A stretch of DNA of 64,000 bases from NCBI RefSeq assembly GCF_032444005.1, contig NC_091291.1, positions 25,172,001 through 25,236,000 of the forward strand, read 5' to 3'. Origin of the DNA: Ranitomeya imitator. Taxonomy: Eukaryota. Made by a program: the position numbers and the translations under genes. The notes under the pieces were generated by a model. That model searched no databases, had not been told where the DNA came from, and worked only from the letters and a program-made list of their open reading frames with translations. Of the stretch, positions 61,441 to 64,000 are shown in pieces. The number at the start of each line of letters is the position of its first letter. Position 1 is the first letter of the stretch.

Positions 61441-63687
61441 CTAACTTCCAAAAATTGTATTCGGAGCAGCACCAAATCCTATCCTAACCACAAATATTTG
61501 TCATTGAATTTCCAAACATTTTTACACATATTTTATAAAACACATTTCATAATCATTTTTTACGAATAATTATAAACTCTTACAAAATATTATGCTGTGA
61601 ATTATACAATCAATATAAAAATACAGTAACGAGACATCACAATATTTGCACAAGAATCCAAAGTAAAATTTCAATGGAAGTTAACATTTTTTTTTTTTTA
61701 GAAACCAGGACCCACAAGACAACTTCTTTCAGTTGAAAAAAATACTGGCAAAACATTAAAACATTAATAGGGGAGAAGCAATCAGAAGAAGACATTTTTA
61801 AAACATTCTTAAAAAAAAATACTATATTGGGAAGAATGTTTTTGGTCCAGAAAACCTACCAATCTAAGCTTGAGCCAGAGCACATAGGCTAAAAGAGGAG
61901 TATTAAAAGTATCAGGAAAAAAAATAGTCCAAATTTGTTTAAAAGTTGGCAATTTAGTGGGCAAAAACTTTTAGCTCCTATCCACTGACTATGCGAGAAA
62001 TGTTAGACTGGTCAGGGTTCAACCAAAGCACCATCAACAATCAATAGTATGGGTGATCCCATTCTCCCGACCCTCCTGTGGATCAGTTTCAAAGGTTTTC
62101 AATTTTTCAAAGGAGCAGCAGAGCTTACGCTCTACCGCTTTTGTGGCTGGGAAGGTCAAGGACCATCCAAACATTAAAAATTAAAATAATTAAGAAAAAA
62201 ACTTGAAATTTTTACTAAGCATGGTCATACCACTTACGAAGCAGGCCTCACATACCATAGTGGTGGTCTATGAACTTCCAAAGGGGCCAGTGGAGTAGTT
62301 CGAAATGGGTTGACCCTATCTCTCCTTTGCATGAACCAGAAAAGACTTTTCCTTACAAGAACCATAAGAAAAGGGTCAAAAGGTCCCTTTTCTTCTATAC
62401 GTGACGGGCCATCCTGGATGAATGTCATGTTGGCTTCTACTGTCATCACTAGGAAGGCGCCATGTCCTAAATCCCTGACAGCTAATTCTGCTGTCCATTT
62501 CTAATCACTTCTTCCCTACACAGAAAGTCATAAATTCATTGTTAACACATATACAACAAAGTACGTACCTTTTGTATCATTTTACCTCCACCGCACAGAT
62601 CTCTCCTGACTGTTGAAGAAGGTATATTAGTGAATGTTACATGGTGGGTCATGATATTAGTTAAAAACACATGGTGACTCATGGCATTAGTTAATAGTGT
62701 ATGCTTTATCAGATTTGCCATAGAACAAGGTAGACCCAAATATATTCAAAAAACTTGTGGTTTGGTCCAACATTCTATCAAGGGGTCACCTGAATTATTA
62801 CAAACGTTGGTCCACTTACATCATATATTGGTGCATGGTTATGTTTTATTTGTAGTTTTCAAAAGTTTCAAAAAGTTCTTAAAATGTTCAGCTAAGAAGT
62901 CTAGGCGGCACTTCAATGCCTTGAAAGAAAACACTGAACTCCTGTAATCCTATATGGGTCCAGAATTGAAACCAGATCTGGGACCCTATCACCCAGGGTT
63001 CAGAACTTCTTACGGGTTCCAGCATTGGTTGGAGTCTCAGTTCTGGGGCTGGACTTTTTCACCCAGGGGCGTAGCTACTGGGGTGTTCAAATTTTTCCTC
63101 TGCCTTCACCTCTAATCGGCACAGCATTCAAATGTCCCCAAAAGGACATGGAAGTTGTAATGATTCCACTCTTAGACCACCATTTATTTGACCTTCATCA
63201 TGGAATTGGCAAGGGTTCCATTTTTGGATCCCCAATTTATTTGACCTTGTTCATGGAATTGCGGAGGGTTGCACTCTTGCCCCCTCACCATTTATTTTAC
63301 CTTCTTTGTGGAATCGGTGATGGTTCCACTCCTTGGACCCAAATTTATTTGATCTACTAGCTGACCTAACTGACTTAGGAAAACCTGGAGAACCAAGTAT
63401 TAGAAACAGCTACAATGTAGGAGAAAGTTATGGGTCTCATTATTCCCCCCAACTATTCCATCCTTCATTGCATTGACTAACACTATCAAATTTACATCAA
63501 AATGGGCATTGAGGGAAGATCTGGGGCAATTATTAAAAGTGTCCCATGATTGGGGATGCAAATGTTGTGAGGTACGATATTACTTTGCCCATAATACTGT
63601 GCAAAATATTTATCTCCAAAAATCTATTTTACTCAATAATAATAGAAAAAAAAATTTTAAATGGAAAAATAAAGAATTTTATCTTAC

Positions 63688-63781
63688 CTCTATTTTTCCT
63701 AATTTTTTCTTGGACCCATCTCCACTGTATGACGGGGAGGTCTCTGTCTGGATAAAGCTGGAACTTTCTGTTACGCTCTTC
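63688..63781 (-). CDS. Candidate first cytoplasmic exon of the receptor
   Basis: ctttgtgccatag| and a strong |gtaaga donor. 94 nt, phase 2-0: (R)KSVTESSSFIQTETSPSYSGDGSKKKLGKIE. This matches the post-TM exon phases of CD33-related Siglecs. Confidence 0.6.
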
Positions 63782-64000
63782 CTATGGCACAAAGTCAAGT
63801 ATGGTAAATTTATATTAAAAATGTCGCTAAATTATAAAAAATGATGTGGAAATCTCCAAAACTTTAAGGGGGCAACGTTCAGGAAAATTGTTGTCCCTTC
63901 CATCTAGAGATTGCAGGAGGTCTCAGTGTACAGAAACCCAACAATAAAAAAGTAAAAAATATGACATATTTAATCTCCATTTTTGAGCTCCAAACCAAAA

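Noticed and set aside
62234-62449. 71-aa minus-strand ORF in the receptor region
   Set aside because: No convincing acceptor/frame combination or recognisable motif.
62569-62609. 41-nt candidate receptor exon with good splice sites
   Set aside because: Open only in phase 1-0. After the phase-0 end of the 63688 exon it gives an early stop. It cannot be placed without cDNA.

Overview
Eukaryotic, repeat-dense genomic DNA. The transposon and satellite repertoire points to a frog, probably neobatrachian (inference, not searched). The host genes are spliced, so the ORF track largely misses them. (1) On the minus strand there is a tandem cluster of three 5-exon genes for secreted two-domain three-finger (Ly6/uPAR) proteins of the PLA2-inhibitor-gamma / sodefrin-precursor-like-factor (SPF) / PINLYP family. 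Gene A is partial (exons 1-3, 9-1092). Gene B (15375-22405) and gene C (34965-41185) are complete, 209 aa each. All three share an unusual cysteine shift in domain 1, and A differs from B/C mainly by amino-acid changes in the finger loops. (2) At the right end, also minus strand, is the 3' part of an inhibitory immune receptor with an ITIM + ITSM tail, Siglec-like (59841-63781). Most of the remainder is transposable elements: sushi/Tf1-type chromoviral Ty3/Gypsy elements, Penelope-like elements and hammerhead-ribozyme motifs, L2, L1, a near-intact Tc1, hAT, Harbinger and pogo/Tc2-type non-autonomous elements, and 35-, 44-, 90- and 112-bp tandem arrays. The Gypsy elements show a self-priming PBS, a GGGAAAC -1 frameshift signal and an integrase frame that runs through U3. 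Genes B and C lie in a segmental duplication (about 4850-27050 vs 32582-45120) whose copies differ by datable TE insertions. No tRNA, rRNA or CRISPR array was found.
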